The translations under genes were made by a program, and so were the position numbers. This document shows, piece after piece, positions 60,353-64,000 of a stretch of DNA of 64,000 bases (within the stretch, counting starts at the first letter, position 1; the number at the start of each line of letters is the position of its first letter). Origin of the DNA: a virus. Lineage: Duplodnaviria > Caudoviricetes. The notes under the pieces are model-generated. The model worked only from the letters and a program-made list of their open reading frames with translations, did no database searches and was not told the DNA's origin. The stretch lies in IMG/VR virus record IMGVR_UViG_3300010365_001248, positions 64,001 to 128,000 of that record; one strand, given 5' to 3'.

Positions 60353-60747
60353 GATAATTCACGATTAGTACAATTATGCCTATAGCATATTAAGCATTTA
60401 ATTTTTGTAAGTTCTTCTTTTACAGAAGCTATTTCTAAACATTTCTATTGATATTTTTCAAGCCACTTTGCATCTATCTCTTCTAACTCCTTTCTATTCT
60501 TCCTCAGCTATTCTCTAAAGTTGGCTTCAGATTCATAAAAATCCTTTATAGTTTGATCGCACATAGACTTTAAATAAGAACACTAATCTTTACCAAGATT
60601 AAATTCTTTTTCTTTATTATCAAGTAGGGCAGAATGTGCTTCAGCGGCAGCTTTCTTTTTCTAACTTTTTAAAGTGAGTAAATAGTGCACTAAACTTCCT
60701 CCTATTGCTGAAAAAAAGTATGGTAAAATCGCTAATATAAAATCCAT
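60334..60747 (-). CDS. Holin-like protein: N-terminal TM helix, coiled coil, C-terminal CxxxxCxxR (137 aa, TAG=Gln; absent from ORF track)
   Basis: MDFILAILPYFFSAIGGSLVHYLLTLKS(Q)KKKAAAEA...ICYRHNCTNR; first TAG at codon 29. Confidence 0.55.
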
Positions 60748-60758
60748 TTGTATATACT

Positions 60759-60791
60759 AAAAAACGTAGAGAGATAACTCTCCCTACGTTT
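60759..60791 (-). terminator. Intrinsic terminator
   Basis: aaacgtag-agag-ataa-ctct-cc-ctacgttt hairpin with an A-run on +. Confidence 0.7.
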
Positions 60792-60811
60792 ATATTAAAA
60801 ATATCTTTAAA

Positions 60812-61951
60812 TTAAAAAAATCCTTTATAATCAGTTTCTTTTGCACCAGAAGCTGCTGCTTTTTCTGTAACTAGAGCATTAGTATCTCCATTAGCTTTTG
60901 CAAATGGATTAGGTGTTGCTTCAGCTGCAGTAGCTAGTTCTGCTAAAATAGCATCAAAATCAGTTAAAACTGAAGCATTTTCATTAACCCAGAAAATATG
61001 GTTAGTTTCAGATAGCATTTTTTCACCAACTGCCATTACACCACCATTATTAGAAGGTGCCTAAACAGTAATAATATACTGAGTGTAAGTTGCACCTGGA
61101 ATAGGTTGCTGCCATTTTGTTGAAGAACCCCATTTAAGATTCTCAATAGTAGGAAGACGAAGATCCTGCTGAAGTTGATCAGCTGTACCAAAGGCATTTT
61201 TACCTACTGAAAGACAAGAAATAACTCCTAGTTTATCAACTGGACATCCATTAGGCTTAGAAGGATCACCCTTATCTGCTTTTAGAACACCTACAGGAAT
61301 TGAATAATCATCCCAAGGTCCAAATTCAGCAACTTTAACTAAAGCAAATCTTTGCCAAGTTTCTTTTGCTGTAAGAGTTAATACAGCACCATTTACACTA
61401 TAATCTAGCTGATCTGTATCAAGTTGGAAAATCTTGTTATTTGCAATTAGATCATAAACTTTCTGAGCTACATCAGCAGCTGATTCTCCTTTTACATATG
61501 TAAACTCAAGACCAAAAGGTAGACCCTTTACATAAAAATCATTTGAGTAATAGAAAGGATTGGCTCCATCTACAGAAAGATATACAAATAATTTATACAT
61601 CTTAACAGGAGAAGTTATATTAAGATCTATAAACTTGAGAAAATCAATTTCAATCTTTGCTAAATCTCCAGCAATTGAAGGTGCTTTAAACATTCTAGTT
61701 ACTTTACCATAACGATTATCCCACATTGAATTAAAATTCATTACGTGAGCTACTTGAACAGTAATATTCTGACCATCTGGATCATTTTTTACTGCTCTAA
61801 TAATAGATTTCTTTCCTGAACCTGATAAAGAAGAAGGGAAATTAATTACTTCTGCAGGAACATGTCCTTTTACAAGTTCTGAAAAACCATTTTTATCTTC
61901 AAGACTGTTAATAACAGTCGTTGTATTCCAATTAAGACCTGATAATGCCAT
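60812..61951 (-). CDS. Abundant structural protein, auxiliary-capsid-like (379 aa, single TAG at 61061-61063)
   Basis: Two track ORFs in the same frame joined across one TAG; followed by a terminator; capsid-module position. Confidence 0.7.
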
Positions 61952-61971
61952 AATTAATAAAATTTAAATTG

Positions 61972-63360
61972 TTAAGATTCTTGATTAGTATTTCTTGCAA
62001 TAGATTGATCTACAGCAATTTTACTTTGAAGTCTCTAATCAGAGTTGTTTTCTAAAACTAGTCTGACTAATATATTGATAATCTCTTGAACTACGTAGTC
62101 AGGATATTCCATTATTTGTGAAGTGTCTTGAGTTAACATCATTTGCTCATGAGTTAAATTAACTCTCTGAGGACTTTTTAAATAATCTGCTCTAACTTGT
62201 ACAAGTTCAAAAACATCATCTGAACCACATCTAATTTCCATATTAATTGTAGATGGGTTACTTAAACGTGAGGCAATCGGTCTTTCAACAAGAGATACAT
62301 TAGTATCTTTCTTGCCATCTCCATCTAAATCCATCTTAAAAGTTCGTGGAAAATTTGAAGAACCCGAAGCAGAAGTTAAATCTGCTAGATTCTTAATAGT
62401 TTTATCCGCATCAGGATAAACCATTGTTGCTGCTCCAATAGCTTCTATAGTTTCTTCTAAAGGATCAATTTCAATAGCTTCTGCTGTAACTAATTGATTA
62501 TTAAAATCATCCCAAGTTAAACTAGGATTAACTTTAATAAGTTTACCAGTTAAATCAGCATTAATATACTAACTAGCTGGAGTCTATTCTTTTGTAGAAT
62601 CTACTATATAAACTAATTTAGGATCTTCATTTATTTGAATGAAATATTTTCCTTTAGGTAATTCTACAGTACGAGATTCTTTATCTGTACTAGAAGAATT
62701 AATTAAAAGTGTTTTTGTAATTTTAACAACTTGGTATGAAAAACCATTTGATACTACAGTATAACGTTCAGGATTATGAGGTTTACCTACCATATCAGTT
62801 CCTTGTAAATTACCATTATCATCAAGTGCAATAGGATTATAAGGAGCTGTATCTTGGTATAAATTTCTATTATGAATATAGAAATAAGGATAATAAGGAG
62901 ATGGATAATTAAAAGCATCATCCATTACCATTCCCCAAGAATCTGCTGTTAGTCTTGTAGCTTTTCTACTCATTATAGAACCTGCTGGGTAACATTCCCA
63001 AGTTTTCTTTGTTTTAAAAACACAAATACAATTTAATAAATGCAAATAATCTATAGGTAATTGTACTTTATAAGTACAACCTTCTGCTGAAGATAAATCA
63101 ATATAGTGTTCACCTAGATCAGTATCTTGAAAATAATCTTCCTAATGTTTAATTTTTTCTGGTTTCATTTTAGCAGTACTTTTAAGTACTCTAATATCAT
63201 CCGTAGTTTGCTGATTAGTTTCAAATACATTATATATTAAATTTATATATTGTGATATAGCTTTATTTGCAAAATAATTAAATTCAACAAGACCTAATTC
63301 TGGAGCTTTATGTTTATTTAGCTCAATTCTGACAGCTTGTAGTACTTGTTTAATTGTCAT
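61972..63360 (-). CDS. Head-tail connector / ring protein (462 aa, TAG=Gln)
   Basis: IELNKHKAP...EFNYFANKAI...QQTTDDIRVL, LPIDYLHLLNC, DYLKSPQ, EYPDYVVQEII...LENNSD(Q)RLQ; three fragments in one frame; TAA 61972. Confidence 0.7.
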
Positions 63361-63362
63361 AA

Positions 63363-64000
63363 TTATTCATTTGAACCTGGAGTCATATCAGGAAAAACTT
63401 CTCCTTTAATAACATTCAGGGTTTTTTGATTTTGTGCCTGTTTCATCCATTCAATTACAGAATCTTCAGAAGAACCTAAAATTGTATTTCCATCTTCTCC
63501 ATAAACCCAGATTCCTGCTTTTGAATAAATAATACGTTTTTCTTTTGCGGCAATAAAAAGTAATTTTAATGCTAAATCACCGCCTGTAAATGCCTCAATA
63601 ATTTTATCTGGAGTCTTTTGAGCAATTTGATATAAGAATTGTTTAATTTCTGCTGCAACATTATTCTGCATATTTCTACCAAATACACGAGCTACTAAAA
63701 GTAGTTTATTAAGTGATTCACCTTCAATCATATTAGCCGCTTTCAGTTGTTTCTCAAAATTAGTAACTGCTTTTTCTGCCATTTCTCCAGGTCTGTCAAT
63801 ATAAAGTTCAGCTCGTCCATATCTAGCAATTTTCTGAGTATTAGTAGAACCATCTATTTTATAGTTACCGCTGGCATCTTTTGCAGTTCTACTTTCAGCA
63901 ATAAGATCACTATTTTTAATTGCTTCCCATTCACAACTTTGTTTTAAATCAGATAGATCAAATGTTTGACCATCTCTAACTTCAATTACTGCATTTTCTG
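63363..64000 (-). CDS. Conserved crAss capsid-module protein (partial; start beyond the window)
   Basis: Frame stays open from 63363 to the window end with no TAG; FDLSD...WEAIKNS...AELYIDRPG. Confidence 0.7.
   Translation of the reverse strand, partial: ENAVIEVRDGQTFDLSDLKQSCEWEAIKNSDLIAESRTAKDASGNYKIDGSTNTQKIARYGRAELYIDRPGEMAEKAVTNFEKQLKAANMIEGESLNKLLLVARVFGRNMQNNVAAEIKQFLYQIAQKTPDKIIEAFTGGDLALKLLFIAAKEKRIIYSKAGIWVYGEDGNTILGSSEDSVIEWMKQAQNQKTLNVIKGEVFPDMTPGSNE

Noticed and set aside
10045-63360. Mass pseudogenisation or sequencing error as the cause of the fragmented - strand ORFs
   Set aside because: Breaks are specifically TAG, frames are preserved across kilobases, and catalytic motifs are intact. 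Recoding explains all of this.
19701-63947. Short + strand ORFs in the late region (19701, 23507, 32300, 35591, 38282, 41523, 46534, 53217, 59688, 63747) and off-frame - ORFs 40481 and 52436
   Set aside because: They lie entirely within long code-15 genes and have no recognisable motifs.

Overview
AT-rich segment of a crAss-like phage (Crassvirales; Bacteroidota host inferred) with two convergent halves. The + strand (1-~9960) carries replication and accessory genes. These are the 3' end of a family A DNA polymerase interrupted by an ORF-less group I intron inside motif C (VHD|E), ThyX, small membrane proteins and lipoproteins, a duplicated and modular EcoRI-family adenine methyltransferase locus, and a patchwork of apparently host-derived DNA (truncated DUF262 nuclease, intact nadD, pheS 5' fragment, T9SS C-terminal domain fragment, Fic/Doc). 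The - strand (10045-64000) is the late virion module. Its apparent ORF fragmentation disappears if TAG is read as Gln (genetic code 15), and the fragments join into abutting genes. These encode ring/tail proteins, a holin-like protein, a 2011-aa tail stabilisation protein, a GH73 hydrolase, DUF192, and large ejected proteins: a 2875-aa SF1-helicase-containing protein, a 3733-aa virion RNA polymerase (DLDID), a zincin protease and a 1675-aa PD-(D/E)XK nuclease protein. The best candidate for an undescribed system is the methyltransferase locus (3665-6416). It holds one complete MTase, a second MTase that is amber-interrupted and split, and two alternative stand-alone C-terminal modules with the same 11-aa leader, apparently acquired from host R-M operons. 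Family calls come from motif recognition by eye, not database searches. Long code-15 genes were checked by frame arithmetic and partial scanning, not a full re-translation.
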